From Acidobacteriota bacterium (GTDB taxonomy: Bacteria; Acidobacteriota; UBA6911; RPQK01; JAJDTT01), in assembly GCA_965217775.1 (NCBI GenBank), contig CBDCJH010000002.1, forward strand, positions 3,232,001 to 3,296,000: a stretch of DNA of 64,000 nucleotides. Reading direction: 5' to 3'. The position numbers and the translations under genes are program-made. Shown here one piece after another: positions 36,654 to 46,563 of the stretch; within the stretch, counting starts at the first letter, position 1; each line of letters starts with the position of its first letter. The notes below the pieces were generated by a model. It had not been told where the DNA came from. It saw nothing but the letters and a program-made list of their open reading frames with translations, and did no database searches.

Positions 36654-38381
36654 ATGCGCTTCCCATGGAGTGATCTGGCAGACGTCTTCGGCGCGGGGGA
36701 ACTCCGCCAGAACATCCTGGCGCTCCTTCGCTACATTGTCTTTCTCGGCGTCGTCATCCTTCTGTACGCTGTCCTCTTCCAAGTGATCATGGTTCACGTG
36801 GAAGGCCAATCCCATTCCTGGATCACGGCCGTCTACTGGGTGTTGATCACCATGAGCACTCTCGGTTTCGGCGACGTGGTCTTTGCCTCGGATGTGGGAC
36901 GGCTCTTCAGCGTCTTCGTGCTGATCTCGGGGGTGGTGCTGATGTTGGTGGTGTTGCCCTTCACCTTCATCCGTTTCTTCTACGCACCCTGGCTGGAGGC
37001 CCAAGTCCGGCTCCGGGCTCCCCGGCGGGTCCCGCTGAACGTCCGGGATCACGTCATCATCTGCCGCCACGATGAGATTGCGGCCGGGATCAGCGAACAG
37101 CTTCGGCTCCGAGGGATTCCATGCTACATCATCGAGCCGGATCCCGAAAAAGCCGCCCGGCTCCTGCACGAAGGGGCTTCCGTCGTCACTGGTGATCTGG
37201 ACAGCAAGGCGACCTACGCCGGGTTGCAGGCGCAACAGGCTCGCCTGCTCCTCGCCAACTGTGAGGACACGACGAACACCAACATCACCTTGACCGTCCG
37301 CGAAATGTGTAGCGACCTGCCCATTGTCGGCATCGTCGAGCACCCCGACTCCACCGACATCCTGGAACTGAGCGGATGCAATCACGTCCTGCCGTTGAAA
37401 GTGCGTCTGGGCGAGGCTCTGGCCAACCGGGTCAGCGCCGGTCTTGGGGAGTTGGACGTCATCGGAAGTTTTGCAGGCCTGCAGATCGCCGAGTTCTCAG
37501 CCCGGGATACTCCACTGGCCGGATTCGAGACGCGCGAGACCCAGCTTCGAGAACGGACCGGGCTGAACATCGTCGGCGTCTGGGATCACGGCCACCTGAT
37601 TCCCGCTTTCCCGCAGACTCCCATCACCCACAACAGCATCGTGGTGGTCGTGGGCTCGCCGGGACAGTTGTCCACACTCGCCCGAATGCTGCCGGGTCAC
37701 CAGCCCCATTCCGGTGCGCCTGGTCTCATCATCGGAACTGGAACCGTGGGCGCCGCCGCCACCCGCATCCTCAAGCGAAAAGGCCTTCGCGTTCATGCCC
37801 TGGATCGGGACCCCCATGCCGCGGAACAGGTGCGAGGCATTGCCGATGATGTCTTTATCGGGGACGCCAACGACCGCGAAGTCCTGGAGCGCGCCGGACT
37901 GGACGAGATCTCCTCCGTGCTTCTGAGCACCGCCGACGACGCCATGAACGTCTACTTGGCCGTGTACTTGCGACGGCTCAAACCGGAGCTCCGCATCGTG
38001 AGCCGGATCACCCATGACCGGAACCTGGAAGCCATCCATCGCGCCGGGGCCGACTTCGTGCTGAGCTACTCCTCGCTGGGAATGGAAGCCGTGGTGTCGC
38101 TCATCGAAGGGCATGAACTCGTGATGCTGGGAGAAGGGGTCGATCTGTTCTCGGTGCCGTTGCCGCCGTCCCTGGAGAACAAACTTCTGTCCGAGAGCCG
38201 AATCGGATCTCTCACCGGCCTGAGCGTGGTTGCGATACAGCAGAACGGCGAAACCGTGACCAAGTTGCGGTCCGAGATGAAGCTCCAGCCTGGAGCGCAA
38301 CTGGTCATGCTCGGCGATGCCGAGCAGCGAACCCTGTTCAGTAAGGCCTTCGGCGGCCAGTACTCCAGTAGTCCCTGGTGA
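36654..38381 (+). CDS. Potassium channel protein with tandem TrkA-N/TrkA-C domains
   Basis: Pore motif TMSTLGFGD and two RCK units. Confidence 0.9.
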   Translation: MRFPWSDLADVFGAGELRQNILALLRYIVFLGVVILLYAVLFQVIMVHVEGQSHSWITAVYWVLITMSTLGFGDVVFASDVGRLFSVFVLISGVVLMLVVLPFTFIRFFYAPWLEAQVRLRAPRRVPLNVRDHVIICRHDEIAAGISEQLRLRGIPCYIIEPDPEKAARLLHEGASVVTGDLDSKATYAGLQAQQARLLLANCEDTTNTNITLTVREMCSDLPIVGIVEHPDSTDILELSGCNHVLPLKVRLGEALANRVSAGLGELDVIGSFAGLQIAEFSARDTPLAGFETRETQLRERTGLNIVGVWDHGHLIPAFPQTPITHNSIVVVVGSPGQLSTLARMLPGHQPHSGAPGLIIGTGTVGAAATRILKRKGLRVHALDRDPHAAEQVRGIADDVFIGDANDREVLERAGLDEISSVLLSTADDAMNVYLAVYLRRLKPELRIVSRITHDRNLEAIHRAGADFVLSYSSLGMEAVVSLIEGHELVMLGEGVDLFSVPLPPSLENKLLSESRIGSLTGLSVVAIQQNGETVTKLRSEMKLQPGAQLVMLGDAEQRTLFSKAFGGQYSSSPW

Positions 38382-38463
38382 ACACCTTCACTGAGCCGTA
38401 GCCGGCGATGCTCCGGTCAGCCACGCCTGAAAATTTCATTGCAACTCTGTTGGGACGACTCAG

Positions 38464-38625
38464 CAGTCCGTGGTGAAAGTCCCGCGAGCACCGAGACCGT
38501 TCCTGCGCCCGCCGGACAAGGCGCAACGGAGGGAGCATACCGGGAGTATGTGACCGAGTCGCAACGCACAGCACCGGCAGGACGCAGGGACGGTCGAATG
38601 CCGTGACGACTTTTGCCACTGGCTG
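38464..38625. mobile_element. MITE family 1, copy B (162 bp, intergenic)
   Basis: Same ends as 9209..9366. TSD TCAG (38460..38463 and 38626..38629). Confidence 0.88.
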
Positions 38626-38742
38626 TCAGGTGATCGCCCTTCCTTGGCTTCCGCCCGAGGGCAGCGCTGGACGCAGGCACATATCCTTTTCTTCCGCAGG
38701 ACCCGCCAGTCTACGGCGTACTGTTCTCGGAAACGGCTACAT

Positions 38743-39087
38743 CTACTGAGTCCGCCTGAATCCTTGTTGATAACTTATTTTCACGAGTGAACGTGGCACG
38801 AGTTGCTCCAGGCAATTCAGCACGTTGGTCATCAATGGTCGAAGTATCCCGTAAGTGTTTCTGGGCGCGACCAAAACAATGACAGCCAAAGGTAATGCAC
38901 TCAGGTTCTGCTGATATTCCAGATTCTGATCGGCGGTCAGAAATACGTCGAAACTACCGGCAGCAGCACGCAGGAGCGTCCCGTTATCCAAGCCGGACCA
39001 ACCGCATTCAGTCACTGTTGAGACTGTGTACCCCGAAAGCTCGTTCCTCAATCTCCGTGGCAACGACTCATCAAGCAGGATGCGCAT
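38743..39087 (-). CDS. DUF5615 PIN-like toxin
   Basis: MRILLDESLP, GWSGLDNG.LL, FLTADQNL.YQQN. Confidence 0.88.
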   Translation of the reverse strand: MRILLDESLPRRLRNELSGYTVSTVTECGWSGLDNGTLLRAAAGSFDVFLTADQNLEYQQNLSALPLAVIVLVAPRNTYGILRPLMTNVLNCLEQLVPRSLVKISYQQGFRRTQ

Positions 39088-39307
39088 TCGCGTTGAGCGC
39101 CGCTCGTGCTATTTCCAGTGCGGCGATCGCTCGGGCGCGATCAACTGCAGGAAAATCCAGCAGGAATCGGTCGAGCGTCTCACCAGTTTCCAAGTAGTCA
39201 AAGAGGTTTTTCACAGGAACACGAGTCCCCGCGAACACCGGCACACCACCCTGAATCTCAGGATCCGTGTGGACAGCTTGCTCTCCCATCGTTTTCTCCT
39301 TTGGCAT
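39071..39307 (-). CDS. DUF433 antitoxin
   Basis: DPEIQGGVPVFAGTRVPV..L..G..LD.FL.DFP. Confidence 0.92.
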   Translation of the reverse strand: MPKEKTMGEQAVHTDPEIQGGVPVFAGTRVPVKNLFDYLETGETLDRFLLDFPAVDRARAIAALEIARAALNANAHPA

Positions 39308-39515
39308 GTCACCCGTTCACACCAAGCGGATGTCCGGCGTCGGAAGCCGGACTATTGTCGCACAATCTCCTCTGATTCCGCTGTCACTGGGTAAGGAGCC
39401 AACCACGAACTCACGTCCATGTGGTCACCGGTCCGAGACCGACGATTGCTGCGCAAGTCTGATGGTGGCAACTCCAACTCCTGCAAGAGTTGAAGAACCA
39501 GCGTAAGTCCCTGAC

Positions 39516-40364
39516 TCATTGAACGCCGTCCACAGGCAGCCGGGTCCAGGCCATGACGGTCATAGGCAGGACGATGGGGGCTTTCGTCGCGACCACGTCT
39601 GCCCGCAGCCGTTCCGGGATTGTCGGCACGTCCGCCTCTTCGGCGGTGGCGATTCCGAAATGCTCCAAGAGGGGAAGCACACTCTGCACGCTGTCGGCAA
39701 CGTATTGGTATCCTGGCCATCCCGGCCACCCGCCCGCCAGCGCCGTGTATTCCAGGTGAGGTTCCGGCAGACCGGCATCGATATAGGTGCGGTACAGGCG
39801 GTAAGCCAGATCGGCATGGGCGCCCGACTGGTTGAAGACCCCAACCGTCCAATCCACCAGCTTGTCCGCCAAAGGGGTGTCCAGAACATGGGGCAGGCGA
39901 TTGGGGTTGAAGCTGATCTCGTGGAACGCCACGATGCCTCCCGGGCGGACTCGCGTGGCGAGATTCTTGAGGGATTCGGTTGGATCGGGCAGATACATGA
40001 GCACGAACCGGCCGATCAAGGCGTCGAAGTCGTTCCCCAGATCCAGGGTCCGCGCGTCCCCGGCCACGAACTCGACGTTGTTATTACCGGCTTGCGCGAC
40101 TCGAGCCCGAGCCGTCTCCAGGATCTCCGCGTTGACGTCGACGCCCACGACCCGGCCCTCCGGACCCACCAGTTCGGCCGCGGCCATGGACACGTCTCCC
40201 GCGCCACTGCCGATATCCAGGACTCTCATCCCGTTAATCAGGCCCGCCTCCGTGAGCATGCGCCGGGTCATGCCCGAATAGAGTTTCGATTGACGGATCA
40301 AGCGGTCCGTCTCGGCCTGGGTGCGGCCCATGGTGTAGGCGGCGTCTTCTTTTCGGTTGCTCAT
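39516..40364 (-). CDS. Class I SAM-dependent methyltransferase
   Basis: ETDRLIRQ, VLDIGSGAGD, VVGVD, RPGGIVAF. ATG at 40364. Confidence 0.9.
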   Translation of the reverse strand: MSNRKEDAAYTMGRTQAETDRLIRQSKLYSGMTRRMLTEAGLINGMRVLDIGSGAGDVSMAAAELVGPEGRVVGVDVNAEILETARARVAQAGNNNVEFVAGDARTLDLGNDFDALIGRFVLMYLPDPTESLKNLATRVRPGGIVAFHEISFNPNRLPHVLDTPLADKLVDWTVGVFNQSGAHADLAYRLYRTYIDAGLPEPHLEYTALAGGWPGWPGYQYVADSVQSVLPLLEHFGIATAEEADVPTIPERLRADVVATKAPIVLPMTVMAWTRLPVDGVQ

Positions 40365-40468
40365 ATCGCTCCCAGTGGGTGGTGTGGATCTCGTTGGTAA
40401 AGGTGACGCGGTAACGAGCGTTTCAGGCGGCTGTCCATGCTGCCGCAAGGAGATAACGGCGGGTCCAC

Positions 40469-41812
40469 CTAGATCAGCTCGGGGAGAGGTTCTCCCGTGA
40501 GGTCGTCGAGGGCGTTGGCGATCTTGAGAGGGCGTCCGACGGGCGTCATGTATTCCTTGTGCCAGTCGATCCCCAGGGCCTTGTAGACGGTGGCGAAGAT
40601 GTCGCCGATGCTGACCTCGCGGTCCACGATGAACGCCCCGCGGTCGTCGCTCCGGCCCACGACCGTGCCGGTCTGCAGGCCACCGCCACCCAGGGCGATG
40701 GACCAGCACTGAGGCCAATGGTCCCGGCCCAAGCCGGGATTGAGGTGGGGAGTCCGCCCGAACTCTCCCATCACCAGCACCACGGTCGAATCGTAGAGGC
40801 CGCGCTCGCTCAGGTCGTCGATGAGAGCGGAAAGGGATCGGTCCAACGGCGGCGTCAGGCGGTCCCGGTGCCCCTCGTCGTTCTTGCTGTGGGTATCCCA
40901 GGAATTGCCATGGAAACCGGCTGCGGTGACGAACCGGCTGCCCGACTCCACCAGACGCCGGGCCAGCAGCATGCTCTGGCCCACCGAATCGCGGCCATAG
41001 GCTTCCCGCGTCTTTTCCGACTCCTTGGAGAGGTCGAAGGCATCACGCACCTGAGGCGCCAGGATCATCTGCCACGCCTTGTCCATGAAGGCGTCCATGC
41101 TGGCGTGCTTCAGACTCTCCACCCGCTTCCGGTAGATCCGGTCCACCGAGTCCAGGAACAGGCGGCGGTTCTCCAACACGGTCGGACTCAGCGACTTGGG
41201 CAGGGTCAGGTTCGGAACCTGGAAATCCTCTTTCGCCGGGTCCGGGATGGTCATGGGCATGTAATCCGGGCCCAGGAACGCGGAACGGAAGAAATCCTGG
41301 TACTGGCGGTTGCGCTCCCAGCGCGGGACGATGACGTAGGGAGGCAGTCCATTGGACGGTCCCATCTCCTTGGCCACGATGGACCCCAGGCTGGGAAACT
41401 CCATGGCCGGATTGTGGCGGTGGCCGGTGATGGAGTAGTGGACCGCCTGGGGATGGTCGTTGCCGAAAGACTTGATGGAACGGACCAGCGCCAGCTTGTC
41501 CATCCTCTGGGCCAGCCGGGGCAGCAGCTCCGAGATTTGGATGCCGTCGACGTTGGTGGCAATGGGGCGGAAGGAACTGTTGGTCTTGGGGTCCCAGGTG
41601 TCGATCTGGCTGGGACCTCCCTCCAGCCACACCAGAATGCAGGCCTTGGCCTTCGCTTCCGGCAGATCCGCGCCGGCTGTTTTGAGAGCCGCCTCGAGCC
41701 GCAGGAACTGGGTCAGATGGGCGCCCAGAAACCCCAGCGAGCCGACCCGGATGAAGTCACGCCGGGTCCAGTAACCGCGGGGTCTTCTGAGGCATCCAAC
41801 CTGTTTCAACAT
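40469..41812 (-). CDS. DUF1501 family protein (Tat-exported)
   Basis: TRRDFI, GGPSQIDTWDPK, ARRLVESG, WDTH, GEFGRTP, GRDHW. Confidence 0.92.
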   Translation of the reverse strand: MLKQVGCLRRPRGYWTRRDFIRVGSLGFLGAHLTQFLRLEAALKTAGADLPEAKAKACILVWLEGGPSQIDTWDPKTNSSFRPIATNVDGIQISELLPRLAQRMDKLALVRSIKSFGNDHPQAVHYSITGHRHNPAMEFPSLGSIVAKEMGPSNGLPPYVIVPRWERNRQYQDFFRSAFLGPDYMPMTIPDPAKEDFQVPNLTLPKSLSPTVLENRRLFLDSVDRIYRKRVESLKHASMDAFMDKAWQMILAPQVRDAFDLSKESEKTREAYGRDSVGQSMLLARRLVESGSRFVTAAGFHGNSWDTHSKNDEGHRDRLTPPLDRSLSALIDDLSERGLYDSTVVLVMGEFGRTPHLNPGLGRDHWPQCWSIALGGGGLQTGTVVGRSDDRGAFIVDREVSIGDIFATVYKALGIDWHKEYMTPVGRPLKIANALDDLTGEPLPELI

Positions 41813-41863
41813 GGAAGTACCTTTGCCGCCACTTTACACCTTACCTCCCGATTCTCGCAATTC

Positions 41864-44482
41864 TCAGTGGTTCTCCGCGAACTCCCGCGAGCTGAGGACG
41901 GCCCATTGCAGGTCGCGAAGAGCCTGCCCCCGGTCGGGGGTCCGGGCGATCAGGGCGGACAGCTCTTCCGATTCGGACCGCGTCGGAAACCTGCTGAAGG
42001 CGGCCAGGTAAAGATCCTCGACGATCTCGGCATCGGGGGCGCCCCGGCGGAAATGGTCGTACACGCGCGATCCCTCGGCCCAGAGCTTGTCATTGTAGGT
42101 CGATCCCACCAGGATGTGCAGCGCCTGGCTCAGCATCGGGTCCGTGTCCCGCTCGGGGACCGAGAAGCGGGTGGGCCGTCCGAAAATATCCAGAAAGGAG
42201 GAGGCGTAAACGTCCGGCTCCTTCAGGTGGACCGCACGAGTACCCCTGGGCGCCGCTCCATCTTCGACGCCGGCGAAGGCGGGGACGGGAAAGTGCTCCG
42301 GAACCCCCGTCACGTCGCAAATGGCGTCCAGCAGGAGTTCCGCGTCCAGGGGACGGGAGGGGGCGTAAGCGTAGGTGGGCTGGTCGGCCGGTTGCATTCC
42401 CCGGTTGGAGCTGGAGAGCTGATAGGTCCGGGAACCCGCGATCAACCGGAACAATTGTTTCAGATCGTAGTCGTTTTCTTCGAAGTACTCGGCCAATTGC
42501 CTCAGCAGCTTCGGATGGGTCGGCGGATTGTTGCTGCGGAAGTCGTCCACCGGCTCCACCAGGCCGCGGCCGAAGAAGTAGCTCCACATCCGGTTGACGG
42601 CGGCCTCGGCAAAGTAGGGGTGGGAGGTCATCCAGCGGGCCAATTCACCGCGGGGATAGTTGGTCGGAGAGTGCTCCACCCGGGTCCCATCCAGCAGCAC
42701 GGGATCGATCAATTTGCCCGTGCGCGGGTTGCGCACCCGCTTGTCGGTGGGGCTGGGAACGTCCGGGGCCACTTCCTTCCCGTCGGGATGATCGAAAATC
42801 ACCGACTCCGGATTCCCGCCCAGCTTGAACATGGAGCCGAAGAATGCCGTCATCCCCCAGAACTGATCCTGGGTCCAACGCTCGTAGGGGTGGTCATGGC
42901 ACTGAGCGCAGTCCAGCCGGCGCCCCAGGAACACCCGCAACTGCTCGCCCATCATGTTCTCCGGGGGCGGCACCACCAGGTAGGGCAGATAGTGGCGGGA
43001 AGGAGCACTGTACCCCTGGGACGAGACGCGCTCCCGGGCCACTTCGTCATAGGGCCGGTTGCGCTCGACGGCGTCCCGGATCCACTCCCAGTACGCCTGA
43101 CTCCACTTGGCATTGATGCCCAGGGCGAAGACCGATACTCGGAACAGGTCGGCGAAACGGAAGGTCCAGTAGTCCACGTACTCGGGAGAGGCCAACAGAG
43201 CCTCCACCACTTTCTCCCGCTTGAGGGGGTCCGGGTCGGCCAGGAATTCGCGGACCCGGGCGACGGGAGGCATCCGGCCGGTCAGGTCGAGGCAGACCCG
43301 GCGCAGGAACTCCGAGTCGTTGGACGGCTCCGAGGGAACGATGTTGAACCGGCGGAGCTTGGCGAAGATCCGCTCATCGATGAAGTTGTTGGGGCGGAGT
43401 TCCGGATAGTCCGCCACCCGGTCGGCCACCACGCCGATGGTCCCCAGGACCTCCTGGCCCGCTCCGCGCACCAGAACCGCCGTCTCGCCGCCGGTGCGAG
43501 CCGTCACCAGGCCGCGGGGAGAGATCTCGGCCACGGAACCGTGATTCACGTCGAATCGGACCCGGCGCGTGTAGTCCTCCACGTTTCCGTCCGACAGGTG
43601 GGCGCTCACCACCAGTTGCTGCCGCTCTCCCTGCCGCAGAATCGCCTCCCGGGGATAGACCTCCATCTTGACCACTTTCACCCGCTCGGAGTCTTTCTCA
43701 CCGTAGGGGGAACCCTGCCGGACCCAGTCCAGAAGGAGAGCGAATTCCTTGGACTCCTCGTCGATTCGCGGCCCGCCGACATGGGGGACCTGCATGGCGG
43801 GCTTCTGCAGCAGAAGGCTCTTTTCGGGCCGGTCCAGATCGACCCGGGGGATTCTCGGCTCTCCCGGCTCGTCAGTCAGGACCTGATACATCCCTCCTTG
43901 GACGATCCACTCATAGTCCTGCCGGGGATGGGATCCGTTCATCGACAGCTTGAAGCCCCCCCGGCCCTTCAGCCCGGAATGACATTCGGTCTGGTTGCAA
44001 CCCCGCCGGGTCAGGATGGGGAGCACGTCGCGTGAGAAGTGGAACGGCCTCGTCGAGTCCGAGTCCTCCACCCGGAGCCGGGCCTTGGCTTCAAGCGTCC
44101 CGACGACGGCGGTGACTCCGGTCTCACCGTCGGCGACGGCGACCATCCGCCCCCCCTCCCGCTGCCGCGCCACCTTGGGGTCCGAGAGCGAATACGAAGC
44201 CTGAGCCGTCAGGTCCTTCCGGCTGCCGTCGGCCAGCGTTCCCATCAGGACGTACTGCTGAGAGGCGTTCCGGCCTCGCAGGGTCCGCTCTTCGGGATAC
44301 AGTTGCACACCGACGATCGAGGCATCGAACGAAGCCTCGGCCGCCGGCGATCCGGCCGCCGCGAAAACCGCTCGCGCCGTACTCGGTCCACCCGCCATGG
44401 ACAGACCGGCCGCCGCCAGGAACGCGAGCCACCGCAGGCCGCGCCGGCGGGCCCAATTACCCAACCCCGGGGATGAACTCAT
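41864..44482 (-). CDS. Ig-like + DUF1549/DUF1553 domain protein
   Basis: GCNQTECH, NNFID, FLRRVCLDLTG, CAQCHDHPY, GRGLVEPVDD. ATG at 44482. Confidence 0.9.
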   Translation of the reverse strand: MSSSPGLGNWARRRGLRWLAFLAAAGLSMAGGPSTARAVFAAAGSPAAEASFDASIVGVQLYPEERTLRGRNASQQYVLMGTLADGSRKDLTAQASYSLSDPKVARQREGGRMVAVADGETGVTAVVGTLEAKARLRVEDSDSTRPFHFSRDVLPILTRRGCNQTECHSGLKGRGGFKLSMNGSHPRQDYEWIVQGGMYQVLTDEPGEPRIPRVDLDRPEKSLLLQKPAMQVPHVGGPRIDEESKEFALLLDWVRQGSPYGEKDSERVKVVKMEVYPREAILRQGERQQLVVSAHLSDGNVEDYTRRVRFDVNHGSVAEISPRGLVTARTGGETAVLVRGAGQEVLGTIGVVADRVADYPELRPNNFIDERIFAKLRRFNIVPSEPSNDSEFLRRVCLDLTGRMPPVARVREFLADPDPLKREKVVEALLASPEYVDYWTFRFADLFRVSVFALGINAKWSQAYWEWIRDAVERNRPYDEVARERVSSQGYSAPSRHYLPYLVVPPPENMMGEQLRVFLGRRLDCAQCHDHPYERWTQDQFWGMTAFFGSMFKLGGNPESVIFDHPDGKEVAPDVPSPTDKRVRNPRTGKLIDPVLLDGTRVEHSPTNYPRGELARWMTSHPYFAEAAVNRMWSYFFGRGLVEPVDDFRSNNPPTHPKLLRQLAEYFEENDYDLKQLFRLIAGSRTYQLSSSNRGMQPADQPTYAYAPSRPLDAELLLDAICDVTGVPEHFPVPAFAGVEDGAAPRGTRAVHLKEPDVYASSFLDIFGRPTRFSVPERDTDPMLSQALHILVGSTYNDKLWAEGSRVYDHFRRGAPDAEIVEDLYLAAFSRFPTRSESEELSALIARTPDRGQALRDLQWAVLSSREFAENH

Positions 44483-44486
44483 TCCC

Positions 44487-46340
44487 TCACTCCTCCCGGT
44501 GCGCCTCTCGGGTGGGGAGCACCATGACGAACAGGTCCTTGACCGGCGTGACGGGGCCCAGCAGACCCTCCACCACTGGCCGGGCCGCGACCCGGACGGT
44601 GACCGGACGGGCAGTCGCCGGCGCGTCCGGTGAGACAACCAGCAACAGAGTTGCCTTCTGGTTTCTGGCTATGTACCGATCTTCGCGGCCCCGGTTGATG
44701 GGCGGCGGCTGGACCGGTTCGGACTTGGTGGCCGTCATCGCCTCGACTCCGGGGGGAACCCCCTCCATGGTCAGCATGATGGCCCCCTCGAAACCCTCCT
44801 CTTGATCCGTGATCACACTTACCGTGCCGGCCCTTCCCGCTTCCAGGTTCAAGACCTCGTCCTCGATGTGGATCTTCCCCATGTGGGGCACCTGGGGACG
44901 GACCAGGACCCGGTAGTTCATTCGCTCATCTCCCAAGGTGGCCGTGATGTCCCGGATCTCCAGAGTGAAATCACCGGCCCTGGGAAAGGCATGGGTGGTC
45001 TTGGGGTAGATCTGTTTCTGGATCTCGGTGTTGGAGTTGAGGAAGGAATGGACGTTGGTCACCACCTCCACGCCGTCGGCGTCGACGAGCTTCAGATAGG
45101 GATTGAAAAGGGGCACCGTCTTGTCCGGGGTCTCCACTTCGAGCGCGATGCGGTCTCCGATCGCCGCGGAAAACCGGACTCGATGAAACTCGCCGGGACG
45201 CTGAAGCACGCCGGTCAGAAGCGTGGGCAAGGTGATTTCGGGCGGCTCCGATCCGGCCAAGTCCTGGCCGCTGAGGCAGATCTCGGGGATTGGAGCGAAG
45301 GGGTCCGGCTGCGGTTGCGAGGCGGATTCCGCTTTCCCGGCGCTCGATACCGGCTCCGGCCGGGGCGCCAGCGACGGCACGGCGCGCGTCCAGAGGGCCT
45401 TCATCCGGTCCTGCGCCAAGGTCCGAGTCCAACTGCGCTCCTCCCAATCCGCCGGGTGCGGTTCGCTGGGTTTCGCGGAGTCGGCCGACGCCTCTCGAGG
45501 CGGCTCCGGGACGACCCGCAGAAGATACGCGTGGTCGGGGCTGGCCGTGCCCCTGAAACTGCTCACCCGGACGAAATAGGTTCCCGGTTTTTCGAATTGG
45601 TGGCTCAAAGCCGGCTCCGTGCTCGACCCGGGGTAGGAGACATCCTCATCGTGAAAGGCCAGGCGCCGGGTGCCTTCCGGGTCGAACCATCCACCCGACC
45701 TCTCGAAGAGGGTGATGGCCGGGTCCAGGGCCGGACTGGAATGGACCTGGAACCGCAGTTTGGTTCCGGCAGGCGCCTTGAACGAATAGTCGTCCACTTC
45801 GCCCAAGCGGGTGAAACGGCCGTGGACCACGAGGGGATACGGGTTCAAGGCTTCGGCTTCGTCCGGGAGCTCATGGGCGCCTTCCGTTTCCCACTGAGCC
45901 GGCTCCCGGTGCACCCAGAAGGGGAGCGCGTTGGACAGACCGCCCGGAGTCACAAAGCGCAGTCTGCGTTCTCCGGGCTTCTCATCGGAATCGACTCGGA
46001 CCCGGAGTGTCAACCGGGACGGCTGGGATTCGGGCGGCGACTCCGCGTCCGTTGTTTCCCCACCCTCGGTCTCACGGCCCACGATTTCGGCGGTCAGACC
46101 TGAAGAGTCGAACCAGACCGCTCGAGCCGAAGCCAGATGCTTGCCCCGAACCGTGACCCGGACCTGAGCACCCGGTCGGCCTCCCAGAGGGAACACGGAC
46201 GCCAGGGTCGGCTCCGGGAGAGGTCCGGCAGCGGCGGGAACGCTCGACAGAACGGCGAGGACTGCCATCAAAACGGAAGAGTGGATCGCCGGGACGAGCG
46301 GCCGTGCCGCAATGCCCAAACCTGTTCTGCTGAGTTTCAC
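44487..46340 (-). CDS. PPC (pre-peptidase C-terminal)-domain surface protein of the DUF1501 module
   Basis: SVFPLGGRPG, GEVDDYSF, YFVRV repeats. Likely GTG start at 46340. Confidence 0.8.
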   Translation of the reverse strand: MKLSRTGLGIAARPLVPAIHSSVLMAVLAVLSSVPAAAGPLPEPTLASVFPLGGRPGAQVRVTVRGKHLASARAVWFDSSGLTAEIVGRETEGGETTDAESPPESQPSRLTLRVRVDSDEKPGERRLRFVTPGGLSNALPFWVHREPAQWETEGAHELPDEAEALNPYPLVVHGRFTRLGEVDDYSFKAPAGTKLRFQVHSSPALDPAITLFERSGGWFDPEGTRRLAFHDEDVSYPGSSTEPALSHQFEKPGTYFVRVSSFRGTASPDHAYLLRVVPEPPREASADSAKPSEPHPADWEERSWTRTLAQDRMKALWTRAVPSLAPRPEPVSSAGKAESASQPQPDPFAPIPEICLSGQDLAGSEPPEITLPTLLTGVLQRPGEFHRVRFSAAIGDRIALEVETPDKTVPLFNPYLKLVDADGVEVVTNVHSFLNSNTEIQKQIYPKTTHAFPRAGDFTLEIRDITATLGDERMNYRVLVRPQVPHMGKIHIEDEVLNLEAGRAGTVSVITDQEEGFEGAIMLTMEGVPPGVEAMTATKSEPVQPPPINRGREDRYIARNQKATLLLVVSPDAPATARPVTVRVAARPVVEGLLGPVTPVKDLFVMVLPTREAHREE

Positions 46341-46563
46341 CGTGATCCGACCCCGCCGATGTGCCCTGTTCCGGCTCGATTTTAGTGATTCCGCCGGACG
46401 TGAGTCAATTTGACACCGAAGAGGACGGTTGAAACATCCGATCCGCTCGTTCGTTCCATATGGATGTGTGGAGCGAGGAGAAACCACAAGGCGAACGTCG
46501 GGAAACGGCGTCGAGGCCTCATGGGGGGCCGGCGCGTAACCCAAGGAAGGAGCGAGTCACGTC

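Noticed and set aside
40559-44035. Very long opposite-strand ORFs (e.g. 40559..44035, 56097..58352, 6968..8788, 34675..36216, 17662..19287)
   Set aside because: Antisense shadows of well-supported genes, expected from GC-rich codon bias. No recognisable motifs.
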